DNA from: Piromyces finnis finn
Taxonomy: Eukaryota > Fungi > Neocallimastigomycota
NCBI GenBank assembly: GCA_002104945.1
Contig: MCFH01000016.1
Location: 682,001-746,000 of the forward strand
DNA: 64,000 bases
Direction: 5' to 3'
Part shown: in pieces, positions 1-14,933 of the stretch
Layout: each line of letters opens with the position of its first letter
How positions within the stretch are numbered: the first letter of the stretch is position 1
Notes under the pieces: model-generated
What the model was told of the DNA's origin: nothing
What the model saw: the letters and a program-made list of their open reading frames with translations, nothing else
Databases searched by the model: none
Made by a program: the position numbers and the translations under genes

Positions 1-3000
1 TTTGAAATAAATTAGTCTCTATTATTTAATATATTTTATTTATATTATTAATTATTATTATTATTATTGATATTTAAGTTATTACTTTAGTGTAGCATAA
101 CATTTCATCCCATTCCATTTTAATAGATTTTCCTCTAAATGTTCCTATATATTTTGATTGAATCTAATTTATAAAATATATAATAAATTATTTTATTAAT
201 TTAATATTTCAATTATTTAATAATATATTTATAGTATTTACTTCAAAATTCTTTTCAGCATATGTTTTCATTGAATATTCTTCTGAATAATAATCAATTT
301 CAACCTTTTCTTCTTGTTGCTATTTGTTTTTATTATAATAAATAATATAGGTTAATCATAATTATAATATTTATTTTTGATGTATTATCAATAAATATAG
401 AATACCATAGCCCAAATTGGGATTTTTGGAACTTGATAATTAAATTCTACTTCTTCTTCAACTTCTTCAACCTTTTCAGGTTCTGGCTCTGGTTGAGCTA
501 AATTCATTAATTCTTCTGGAATAACTTCCTCCACCTTTTCTTCTTTTGCAGCCGCCGCAGTCTGTTCTTTTTTTTCTTTTTCTTTTTTATCTTCTTCAAA
601 AACTTCATTGAATAAATTATCAAGATCTTCAAACATATTATTAATAACAGCATCAGCTTTACTAGCAGCATTAGCATCTTTAATATCACCTTCAAATGCA
701 TCTAAGAAAGAAAACAAGTCATCCACACCTCCTGGCTTCTTTGGAGAAACAGGTGTTGCATCTTCATTATTGACAGTCTTTTTTGGAGTTGCAACAGGCT
801 TTGATTTAATTTCAACTTTTTTAGAAGTGGCAGTTGTGTCTGGTCCCTATTATTAATATAATAATACAATAAGAATTTATTTATTATTTTTATGATAAAT
901 AATATATATATTAAAAAATAAAATATATTTTTAAAATATTTAAGAATTATAATACCTTTTGTAATTTCATTTGAATATTCTTTAACTATTATATATTATT
1001 ATAAAATAATTAATAAAAAATGTTTAAATCTATTTATTAAAATAATTAGTAAGTATATACTTCTTCTTCTTTTTCCTTTTCATTTTCTGTAATATCTTGT
1101 TGTTTTTGTTTTCTTTCTTCTTCTTCTTGCTTTTTTCTAAGTTGTCGGTAATATGATCTTACAAACCAACCTCTTGCAACTTTTTTTAATTAATGATAGA
1201 ATAAATAAAATTTGTTTTTTTTATTAAACTATATAAAATAATATAAATATATATACCAGCTTGAATTTTAATAATTGCTTCCTTTTGCTTCTTATACTTT
1301 TCTTTGTAAATGTACATCTTAATATCTATAATAATAAAATATAATTAAGAAAATTATATTTACAATTCTTTATAAAAATATTATCATTAATTTTATTTAC
1401 TTCTGTTTAGAACTTCGGTTGCCTTCTTTATCTTAGAATATTTCTTTCTATAAATATAACCTTTAACAATTTTTTGAATGCATACAATTTTTTCAGCAAT
1501 TATTTGTTTATAAAGATCTTGTACTTTTGAATACTTATTATATATAATATGAATTATTTAAAAATTATTAAAAATAGAAGTTGATTTAAATCAAAATAAT
1601 AATAATTATTAAATATTACAGCATCTTGTTTTAAGAAAATCTTTGTAGAACCTGTTTGCCACTCTGAATCTTTTATACCTGATTTTTTTATAATTAAAAT
1701 TGAATTTGCTTTATTATCATCAGTACTTTCTAATCCACAGATACAACGGAATCTTTATGTAAAAAATTTTTTAAATATGTAATATTTAATAAAATATATA
1801 ATATTTTTCAAAAAAATATTTTATATAAAATATAAATATACTTTTTAAAGAAGTCATCAAATGTAATACGCATTGGAAAACTAAATTATAAATGTATATA
1901 TCATAATAGAAATATTAATTATTTAATAGTTATATTTTTTGGATAAATAGTGATTAAAATTACCCAGCTTTTCTAATTCTTATAGTATCAAGCATACCAG
2001 AATATCTTAATTGTGCTAATATTTTATATTTTATAATCGCAAAATTATAATATTAATAAGTGTAATTAGAATGATTTTTTAAATTATTAATAATATACCT
2101 GTAACTAAGTCGATATTATAACCAAATGCAACCTTTTCATGATTAGGTTTAATACATCTAACATAATGAGGAGTTGTTTCTCCTAACGTTTTCACTAATG
2201 ATGTTAATTGACTCTTTAATATTATAAATAAATCGAATTTATTATAAATAAATAAATAAGTAATTAAATGATATAATGATATTAAATTTCAAAATAATGA
2301 TAATTATTAATATACTTTGAATTGAGCACCGGCTGTTGGCATTTTTTTACCAAGACTTTGTTTAACTTCCCATTTTTTTTTAAATATTTCTTTAACAAAA
2401 TCGTTCTTATTGTTTTATTAACATATCAATTTATATAATTAATAATGATATATCTTCTTTTTATTATAAATTATAAAATTGTTATATATACCTCTGAATT
2501 ACTGAATAATTCATATATATCATCCTGAACACTATCTTTATTTTTATCAATAAAACCTTTAATACTATATACAACTTCACCAGCATAATGCTTAATACCA
2601 AAAACATCTCTTTTCTTTGGTGGCCTGAAATATGATTCATGTTTACCTAATTTATCCATAATTTTATCTAAAAATCCATTATCAGAACCTTTCGGGAAAC
2701 GTGTTTCATCATCAAGTAAGCCAAAAATACCAAGTTTTCCTTCAATCAATTCTAGTGTATTTTGATTATCGACGAAAGTAATTTTATCCCATTGAATTCC
2801 TTCTTTATCATACTATTATTATAATATTAATTTTTAAATATATATTTATTTAATTATATATTAATTATTAGAGTCGATTTTATTATTTAATATTTTATTT
2901 GAAATATACTTCTTGTTGTTCTAATTTGAAAATAAAATGATTAAAGAATTGCTGTAATTTTTCATTTGTATAATTAATACAAAGTTGTTCAAAACTATTA

Positions 3001-4831
3001 TTCTAGAGTATATCATGTATATAATATTAATAATAAATAATTAGTATTTTTTCGATCAATAAAAAATATATTTAAATATTATTGATATATACTTCAAAAA
3101 CTTCAAAACCAAAAATATCAAGAACACCAACAAAGTTTGATGCTTTTTGTGAAGCTGTTAATGATTTGTTAATAATCTCTAATAATTTATCGAATAAAAA
3201 GTCGTACAAGATTTTTGCAATTGAATCTCTGTTATCAAATACCTATATTAATATTTAAAAGATGTTAATTATTATTTGTATTTATATAATTTTAATTTAA
3301 TGATTTTTTTTATTATATACCTGTGAAAATTTTAATGGAGAAATAGTAACTTCTCTACCAATAACCAATCTCTTATTTAATATTGAACTAATTAATTTTT
3401 CTTTATCACAACTAAGAAGTTTAACTACATTATCTATCTCATCTTCTCCATCAATATTAGCACCTTCATTTGATGTATTTTCTGTAAATTTAATATTACC
3501 TAAATGTAAAATACCTGAAATAATTTTAAATGTTCCTTCAATTTGACTATCTGTCATTTTTAAAACAGAAAAAGCTAATTTTAAATTTCTGAAATTTTCT
3601 TTGTCTGATACACCATCTAATGAAACACATCCACTTTGATTTAAATAATGAAAGTTTTCGGGGCTATCTAATAAATATTTTTCTCGTTCTTCCGGGGTTG
3701 CACCATCCAATAATTCATAAAAAACATGATAATTTCTTTCTGATGGTGCCTGTTGAACAATACGTGATTTTTCTAATAAATAATTAATAATATTTGCACC
3801 TATAATTTGATGTGTATCCTTAAATAAAACTTGAATGAATTTACCAAAACGACTTGAATTATTATTTCTAACAGTTTTTGCATTACCTAGTAGGATATAG
3901 TTGAATAAATTTAATATAATTATAATTATATTAATCATAAAAACATACAATGATTATATATATATATATATAGTAGATATTATTTAAATATTCAAAATTT
4001 TTTTTATTATTTAATATATCTGAATTACCGAAACTTTCTAAAACAGTATTTGATTCAAGAATTTGTTGTTCAATCCATGATTGATTACTAGCATCTTGTG
4101 ATGTTGTTACTGCTGTAAGATATTGTAAAATATATTTTGTTGATTCCTTAAATAATATTTATAAAAATATATTTAGATGGTTTATATAAAATATATTCTA
4201 TATTTTATATATTCTAGACATACAGATTTTCCTGCACCACTTTCACCACTAATAATAACAGCTTGATCTTCACTTTCATTACAAACATTAGAGTATGCAC
4301 ATTCAGCCAAAGCATAGATATGTGGTGGTAATTCATGTATTCTTGCATTATGATATTCTTTAATCTTTTCCTTTAATATATAACAAAATAAAATTTTTAA
4401 TAAGCATTTTTTTTATAATAATGAGTATACATTTATACATAGTTATTAAATAACTCTAATAATTTAAATATTTAAAAAATATTACTCCAGTATAAATATT
4501 GACTAATTTAAATGGATTCATAGCAACCAAAATAGAACCTGTGTATGTCTATTTTGATTAATTTTTATTTTTGATGTAATGGGTTTAATAATGTTGAAAT
4601 AAATATTTTAATATATATTTTTTATATATAACAATTAAAGGATACATAAATTTTTTGATTTTTATATCTATGCTCAAGATTTTGCAATATAGCATTTTCA
4701 GAAAGCTCTGGAAGAGTTGTCATATCTTCCACCTCTGTTTTAATTTATATGAGAATTTATGAATTAATGTTTATGTAATTTAAATAATTTAAAATTATAA
4801 TACACTCACCTACGAAATTATCATCAGACAT
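1..4831 (-). CDS. Unconventional myosin, MyTH4(-FERM) type (class VII/XXII-like); about 20 introns; 3' end runs off the left edge
   Basis: Hand-spliced. ATG at 4831 (MSDDNFV|[24 protein letters not shown]), [14 protein letters not shown]-loop GESGAGKS, switch [18 protein letters not shown], switch [26 protein letters not shown]. Then IQ motifs ([14 protein letters not shown]; [12 protein letters not shown]), an E/K/R-rich helix, [20 protein letters not shown] and EMLCYTK (MyTH4 start). Exons are bounded by GT-AG. Confidence 0.93.
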
Positions 4832-5572
4832 CTTATAAATATTTATTAAAGTATGAGAATTATACAGTTATTGTGTTTATTATTTATATATATTTTTTTT
4901 GATAATATTTAAAAATTCGAAAATTATATAAACAAATATAAATATTGTACAAATTATTATTTGCTAAAGAAAAAGCATTATATATAATTATTTTTGGTAA
5001 TAATTTTATATAATAATAATAAAATTTTCTATTATTAATAAATATATATATTTGATTGATATCAAGTTAAAAAGGATAAATGATTTTTAAAATATATATT
5101 AGTATAAAAGATTCATAAGAAGAATAAAATATTAAATAATTGTTTTAATAGTTTATTTAGTAATAGTAAACCTTATGAATTAAAATTTATTTTTCAAAAA
5201 TTTAAAATATTAATATTTTTAAAGTAAACAAATGTAATTTTTATTTACTTTGATATTACTATTAATTAGGTTTTTTGAAAATATGTAACCAATATTTAAA
5301 ACATTAAAAAGATATAATAATAATATTATTTTACCAAATGACGTAAATCATAAAGCAAATTCAAATAAATATAAATATTATGATATTTAAAGATAGTCAA
5401 TATCATTATTTATTAATTTTATTTGATGTACCTTCATTAATCTGAGTTTATATATAAGTAATATTTGGTAACAATAATTAATATATTGTATGAAAATTAA
5501 CTTTTTCAGTAATTTTAATTTAATGAAATCTATTAGTTTTATAATATAAGCCTAGTTATTTTAAAAGATATA

Positions 5573-8500
5573 ATGGATGAATTTAAACCGAAACCACCTA
5601 TATATTCAAAAAACCAACAATCTCAAAGAGGAATGATAAAACATCGAAAATGTATTATATTAAATTGATATATTAAAATTATTTATTAATAATATGTAAA
5701 ATAAAAATTATTAAAATTGAATTATATAATAATTATATAACATTAAAGATAAGTCAAATATATCAGAAGCAAGTAATGGAAATAAAATATATATTATTAT
5801 AATATATAAAATCAATAAATTAAAAAAAATATATATATATTATTCAAATAATAAACAATAGAGGATGAAAAACTAAATAGCTATTATGATATTGAAGATT
5901 TATTAAAAGTTAATATTGATCTTAAAAAAAAGATTAATATATTAACAGAAGATAAAAATAAATTAATAACAGAAGTAAGATGTAGTGAAGAAAATCGAGC
6001 AAGATGGGAACAAAAATGCCATGATATAATTAGAACCACAGCAAATGTAAATATAAATATAATAAGTATTAAATTTAAAAAATTAATATTATTAATATAA
6101 TATTTATTAATTTTAGGCTGTTAGTTCAAAAACTTTAGAAACAGCTGTTAAAGCCGAAGAAACCGTAAATATAATATATACTATAATAATATATTATAAA
6201 AAGTAATAAAATAAGTTTTAATTTTTTTTTTAAAATTCATTAGCTGTCAATAAATTTAAAAAAAATAATTCAAAGAAATAAAAAAGAAATATCAATTTTA
6301 GAAAATCAAATTAAAACAATAAAAAATGATATTCGATATACCAGGTTAAATGAAATGGAGGTGCATTTCAATAGATATATATATAAGAATTTAATATTTT
6401 AATTAATATTTATTAATATATATACTATGATATAACATAATAGATTGAAATAAAAACATATTATAAAGAGGTAATATAGAACAAATTTTTTTTCATATTA
6501 ATTAAATAACATTATATTAATTGTTTATTATATATTTATATTTACAAATAACAATAAAAATATATAGATACTAAGATTAAATAGGATTTTACAAATGTTT
6601 AATACAGATTCAGATTCAGTAATAGATTTTTTAAATGAAAGAAAAAAGAATGAAAAGACAATTCAGGAATTAAATGAAAAGATAGAAATATGTGAAAAAA
6701 ATAATAAAACAATGGAAGGTTTATATCATTATCAAAGAGCATTATTTTATAATTATACAATATTAATATTCAATATATTCAATAAAATATAAAAATAATT
6801 AATTATTATTTTTAAAAAGAGAATTTGAAAGATTTATCAGGATATAAAGAAGATAATGAAATTTTAATTGAAAAATTTTACTTGATGAGAGAAAAATTGG
6901 AAAATCTTAATAAAGAATATACCATTGCAACTTCAATAATACAAAACCAAAAACAAAAGTTACTTGTAAGTTTCTTCTAAATTTAAAATAGTTAATATTA
7001 AAAAAGTGATAATTAAATCTATTTAATATACAATTATATAATTTAAATAAGGAAAATGAAAAAATGATTAATAAACAGAATAAAAAAATTGATGGTATGA
7101 TATAAATATTCATTATATTTAGTTAATATAATAATATTTATAATAATATTTTAAATTAATTTATCTTTTTTTTTATTATTAATAAAGATCAATGTAATAA
7201 GTATCAGATATTAAATGATAAAATAGTAAAGGAAGAAAAAGAAAATAACAATCTTAAAAAAGTAAATAGAAATTAATAATTTAAAATAAAATTTTATGAT
7301 ATATTTACTTTTTTATATAATTATTAAAAAAAAAAAAAGAAATTAGATGAAATGCAAAATGAATATAAAGATCAATTAATCAAATATGAAAAGGATATAA
7401 AAGAGAAAGAAGCTTCAATAAAATGTAAATATTAATAAATAATTTATTAAAATCAATTTAATAATAATATATAATATTTATATAAATAAAAGTATTAGAA
7501 GAAGAGAAAGTAAATACGGTAGAATTAGAAAAAAAAGTATTGAAGAAAAAACAGAAAATAACAACATTAAAAGAAAAGATAAGAGGTATTAATTAATAAT
7601 TAAATACATAATTTAAATATCATATAATGAAGTTAATTTATAAATTATAAATAGAATTTGAAGTTTTGCCAGATTATGATAATAAGGGTATGATAGATTT
7701 AAATAGTTTACTTGATGAAATTGAAAACAAAAACGAAATTAGCCATTTTGGAGATATTGAAAATAAAGGTATATAATGTAATAGAGTTATATAATTATGA
7801 TAATACTAACGAATTTATATTATAAATTTTAAAGATGTAGTATATATATTTATTATAAAAAAGTTAAACGAAAAATTGAATGAAAATTCATCTAGTATGT
7901 ACAACTATTATAATAATTTTATTATAATAATTATTAGAAAAATAGTAATTATATTTATATTTATTACAATTTTATAGTAATTGATGAGTTAGAGAAAGCA
8001 TACAAAATGGAACATATAAAATTAGTTAATGAAGAAAATAATAATAAAAAATTTCTGAATGGTATATATTATTATAATGAAAAAATCTATACTTTTAAAT
8101 ATTATTTAAGAATCTTATTTTAATTAATGCATATATATATTAGAAATTAATAATTATAAAGAGGATATAAACCGATTAAACGTTCAATTAAGCCAAAATC
8201 AATTAATTATTGATAGTCAGGAATCTCAAATTAAAAGTAGAATACTAAATAAAATTAATAAAATATTTTTTTTTTGTTTATTCTATTTATTAATATAAAA
8301 ATTATCAATAGATTTAAATAATTTAATTGAAACTAATAGAATATTGAAAGGTAATAATAATATTGTCATCATTATATTAATATTATTAATATTATAATAA
8401 ATAAAGATTCTGATTAAATTATTATACCATATATATATATATATATATAGAAAATCTAATAAAAAATAATGATTTTGGGTGAGTTTTAAATAATTAAGTT

Positions 8501-10953
8501 GTGAAAAAATTTATAAACTAGTTTATATTAATAAAATTTATTTTAGTAATTCAAATAAAGATAGATTTGGTAATATTGAAATAAACTCTTTTAATATAGA
8601 GAACAGTAAAAATATTATCAATCAAAATACAGAGAGTATAATGGAAGACCATAAAAAGTTAAATGGTATAAGTTTTAATATTTATAATGCGTTTATTTTA
8701 AATATGAATATATATTTTATTATATTATATTATTATATTAATAAATATATTATAAATTTGTTTTATATTATACTCTAATTTTATATATTTATATTTTTCT
8801 ATTAAAAAAATGAAATAGAAATTAAAGATAATAGTCAAAAATCTCTTATAAATGATAAAACTGATATAAATAATAATAATAATAATAATAATTCGAAAAA
8901 TGCATTAAATGATTTTGTTTCAGATAATATTGATAATGGAGAATCCTTTAAAAATATGGAAATTTTATTAGAAAAAGAAAGTAATGATAATAATAACAAC
9001 GATATTGTTAAAAATAATGAAAATTTAAAAAGTTCTATGGTAAATGATAGCAATATAATTAATAGTTCAAAATCTTATTCAGATGAATCCGATCAAAGAG
9101 TAGAAAAATCTAATTTCAATATAAATAATATTGATACTAATAATGCTCATTCCAAGAATAATACGCTAAGTTTTTCAGTCAGTAGTGTAGCTTCTAGTAT
9201 AAATGAAGAAATTATTTCTTCATCAAGTAAATCAAATATTAATTTAAGGAATGAAAATTTTAATAATGATGATTCTATAAATATATATTCTAAAGGGATT
9301 GATATTACTGTTTCCGGAAATAATAAGCAAGTAACTGTTAATCAAAAAGAAATAAATTTTATCAATAATAGTAGTGAATCAATGGATATAAAGAAAAGAT
9401 GTATTAATCTTATAATGGATAATGAAGGTGAAAATAGCGAAAATTGTATAAAAAATATAAATAATTCTGAATTAATTGAGGAAACCATAAACAAATGTGA
9501 AAACCAAAATAATAATTATAATAGTGATATTATGGAAGATATTATTTCAAAAAATAATAGTGTAGATAATATTCAAAGAAATATAGAAAATGATAATGAA
9601 TTGTGTAATGAAAGTTTAAATATTAAAGAAACAAAAGCAAATAATGATAAAGAAGAAGAAGAATTTAAATCATTATCATCTCAATCTGTCAATAATATAA
9701 ATGATGAAAAGACATTTAATATTTCAATAAATAATAAATCAATTTCATCAATAAGTAGTGAAAAAAATGATAGTAATAGAATATCAAACGTCAAAAATAA
9801 TAATAGTAATTTAGAAGAAATGAAAGAAACGAATAATTTCGATAATCCGATAATTGATGAAATTAAAAATTTAGAATCTAAAATAGAAAAAGAAAGTCAT
9901 AAATCTTTAAGCATTACGGAAGAAATGAGTTCTAATTTTAAAAAAGACTCTCAAAAATCAAATGATTATAAAATAAGTAAACAGTCTATAGATAAAGAAG
10001 ATAATAATAATTCTTTTGATTCTATGAAAGAAATAAATAAATCAAATATATCTTTACACAATAAAGATAGTAATCATAATTCCAATTCATCTATTAATAA
10101 CAATAATTCATTAACATGCAATGATCCTATAAATAATATAACAGATACAAATTATGATATAAAAAATTTAAAGGAAGAATCTAATGATATATCAATTATT
10201 ACTAAAAAAAAAGATTTATCAAGAGAAAATATTATATATGAAAATAAAAATAGTATAGAATCAATAAATAATGATGAGAATGATCAAAATATTAAAGAAT
10301 CTATAGTATGTTTAAAAAATAAAGATATTTTAAAAAATAATTCTATTATATCAAATAATTGCGAAAATATTATACAAATTTCAAAATCACTTGAAGTTAA
10401 TAATCATAGTGATAGTAATGATTCCATTAACAGAATTCAAGTAGCAGAATATAATTTAAATGATGTAATTAAAATATCAGAATCGAATTCTAACATCTGT
10501 AGCACTCATAGTATAATCAAAGTATCAGAATCTAGTTTTAGAGGTGGTAACTCTGGTAACAATTCAGATTTAAATGTTATTAATGATAATGCTATATCCA
10601 AAAATACTAATTGTAGTAAGCCAATTTTAAATGATGAAATTATAAATGATACAGATTTAACAGAAGATAATGATATAGAATTGTCAGAGGATGATTTATC
10701 TGAGAATCCTACTGATTCCTCTATAGTAAAAATTAACGATTCAGAATCGAATAGAGATTCTATGGATGATAATAAATTTAGAAATGTAGTTGAAAATAAA
10801 GATAAAATATCACTAATTAATGAAGTTAAAAATTCCATTGATGATATAATTGAAACTAAACCAGAAGAAATTATAGAAAATTTTGATGAAGTACTTTCTG
10901 AAGAAACAATAAGTGAGGATATTTTAGAATTGAGCGATGATGAAATATCATAA
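5573..10953 (+). CDS. Multi-exon coiled-coil protein with an IQCE-like N-terminal region and a long Asn/Ser/Asp-rich low-complexity terminal exon
   Basis: ATG at 5573 (MDEFKPKPPIYSKNQ) followed by many short GT-AG-bounded exons: YYDIEDLLKVNIDLKKKINILTEDKNKLITEVRCSEENRARWEQK, IKNDIRYTRLNEME|IEIKTYYKE|ILRLNRIL. It joins ORF 6595..6792 and the terminal ORF 8956..10953. The IQCE similarity is recalled from memory. Confidence 0.6.
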
Positions 10954-11310
10954 AATATTCAAAATATTAAGTAATTCAAGCTTAATTTTTTTAAAATAAA
11001 ATAAATTCAATTTTATTAACTATTAATTATAATTTAATTATTTATGGTAGTTTTAAATTTTTATTTTACAATACTTTTTTCAATTTTTTTTTTCTTTTTT
11101 TTCTTTTTAACTTTATATTCTATATCATTAATTTAATTCATAAATATGGCATATTTTATTATATTTTTATTTTTATTTTTTTTTTATAATTGAGGATAAA
11201 TATATATTACTATATATATAAGAAAAAAACTAGTAAATAAAAAACAGGTATTTATAAAGGATATCCATTATTAGCTATTAATGTAATAAGATTACAAGAT
11301 TTATTTTATA

Positions 11311-12427
<1,117 letters not shown>

Positions 12428-12896
12428 AAATTCTTCTATAGGTTGAAGTTTTTCTTCTTCCTCATTTTCATTTTCATTTTCTTTTTTTACTGTTTCACTG
12501 CTATTAAAATCATTTTATAATATTTATATTATATAAATGTATAAAATAATTTATTTTATTATAATATTTTTTACAATTTTTAAAATTGATATTTGATATT
12601 TATATTCATTCTTTTTACAATAAACATATATTTGAATTTTTTTCCATTCTTTATTGATAATGTTAAAAATTAAAATTTCAATAATTATTAAAAACTAATT
12701 AATAATTTTTGAAAATTTATAATTACAATTATTTATTAATTTTCTTTTCATTTGTGAATTATCCACGTGAACTAATTTTTCCAATTTTATAATTTTATGT
12801 TATCTTTTTTTATAAAATAATATAAACATAGCCTTTTTTTTTTTCATTTATTTTAACTTTAAAAATAAAATAAAATAAAAAATTATAATCTAAAAT

Positions 12897-14370
12897 ATGA
12901 AAACTATAAGTTTATATATATTTATTGTTACTGCCCTTGTTAAAACAGCATTTTCATTTCGTTGTGAAGATGTTTATTTAGATTCAAAAGAAACTTTATA
13001 CAAGGCTATTAGGTATATAGTCCATTTAATTACAAAATATGAAAATAAATTTTATTTCAAATAATAAATAATATAATTTTATACCTAAGCTTAGAAAAGG
13101 TTGAAGATAAGAAAGTATATACAAGTACAGATACTGTAGAATACAGTACTTGGTATATAGATCCATGTCGTTCAGTTGAAAAAGTAATACATAATAAATT
13201 TACATTCATTAATATAATAAAATCTTTTTATTATGAATATTTAAAATACGATATATGTATTAATATATTAATATTTATATCAATGTAAACATTTATATTA
13301 GCAACCAGAAGATAGTAAAATAAAATGTCCAAGTAATTCTAAAGTTTGTTTAATTAAATCTATTGAATTTAAAGGAGAAAAAGAAAAAATCTATGATATT
13401 AAAGGATATGCAGTTAGTGATCCTCCACAAGATCCTTTAATTAAACAAGGTAAAAAAGAATAAATAAAAAGAGCAAACAAGAGAGGAATAATTTTAAATT
13501 ATTATTAAACAACATTTAATATAAATAATGTTATTATAGCAGTAACCTAAATAATATCAATATTACTTATTAATTAATATTAAAGGTGACTACATTTTAA
13601 ATTTCGAAGGTGAAAAGAATTCTGGATATACAACTGAAATTACTTTTACTTGTGCAGGAGTTCGTTTTAAATTATCAAATAATTATTATAAGTAACATAT
13701 AGAAGTCTAAAGTATTCTGTTTTTTTATTTATATTATTTATAAAACAATGTTAATATAACAATTATTCAGAATAAAGGAACACCGGAAGTAACATTAGAC
13801 GAAGATAATAAAAAAGTTTCAATTAAATATAAAGGAATTTGTGTTTCAGACAGCAAAACTGAACCAACCGACGATAACAAAAATAAGGATGATAACAGCT
13901 CTAGTAGTGGACATTTCTTTATCAGATTGTATGAATATTTATATATTTTAGATTTTAATTAATATATATAATATTTTAATATCAAATTTTTAATATATAA
14001 AATAATAGTATTTTCATTATCATTTTCTGTTATTTTGTTATTGGAGTATGTATAAATAATTTTAAATTATATATATTAATTGTCTTAACAATAATCACAA
14101 TAAACTAATATAATGAATTCTAATAATTAATATTAAAATAATAATCCATAGTCATGCTACAACTTCTTTGTCTTAAATAAGAAGTAAATCTTCAATAATG
14201 AAAATATATAATTATTTAAAAAAAGTTTATATTAATTTGTTATTTTAATTTATTATAGGGGTATTGAAATCATTCCAAATATTGAATTATGGACTAATTT
14301 AATCACCGTTTGCTACGATAAAATTACTGAATTTTTCGGAAGAAGAGGTTATAGTCCAATACAAATTTAA
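12897..14370 (+). CDS. ATG27: ATG27 / cation-dependent mannose-6-phosphate-receptor-like type I membrane protein (8 short exons, absent from the ORF track)
   Basis: Signal peptide MKNYKFIYLFVTALVKTAFS; lumenal MRH-like Cys pattern (WYIDPC, KCPSNSKVCL, TEITFTC); TM segment FFIRFIFIIIFCYFVIG; family tail CYNFFVLNKKGIEIIPNIELWTNL; C-terminal YSPI sorting motif before TAA at 14368-14370. Confidence 0.75.
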
Positions 14371-14933
14371 ATTTAAAGTGTTTCATATCAAAATTAAAAA
14401 TCAAAAGCATATATATATATATTAAAGAAATTATGAAAGAAACGAATTATAAATATTTTTTGAGTTAATATGTAAATTCTAATACAAATATATATATAAA
14501 AGTTCACTAAAAAAAATTATAAATAAAGAAATGCAATAACAACAAAAAAAACTAACGGCTTTAATTATTTATTCTGTTATGTATAATTATTTTGGATATT
14601 AATGATAAATTAAATAGATTAAATAGACAGCTTAAATATTATTAGTAATATATTTATTTCAAGAATTTTTAAATTAATTAAAATTTCTTGAAATAAATTT
14701 TTTTACTTTAAAAAAAAAAAAAAGTGATATTAAATATTATTAATTTAATACCTGTAAAAATAAATTAAAGAAGATTATAATTAATACAATATTTATTTAT
14801 TTTAAAAAGATATTAATTTATATAAATTTTATAGATTTTTATATATCCAATTTGCTTAATTAATAACTAATATAAAGATAATAATAGTATATACATTTCA
14901 TATTTTATATATAAAAAAAAATAGTAATTATGT

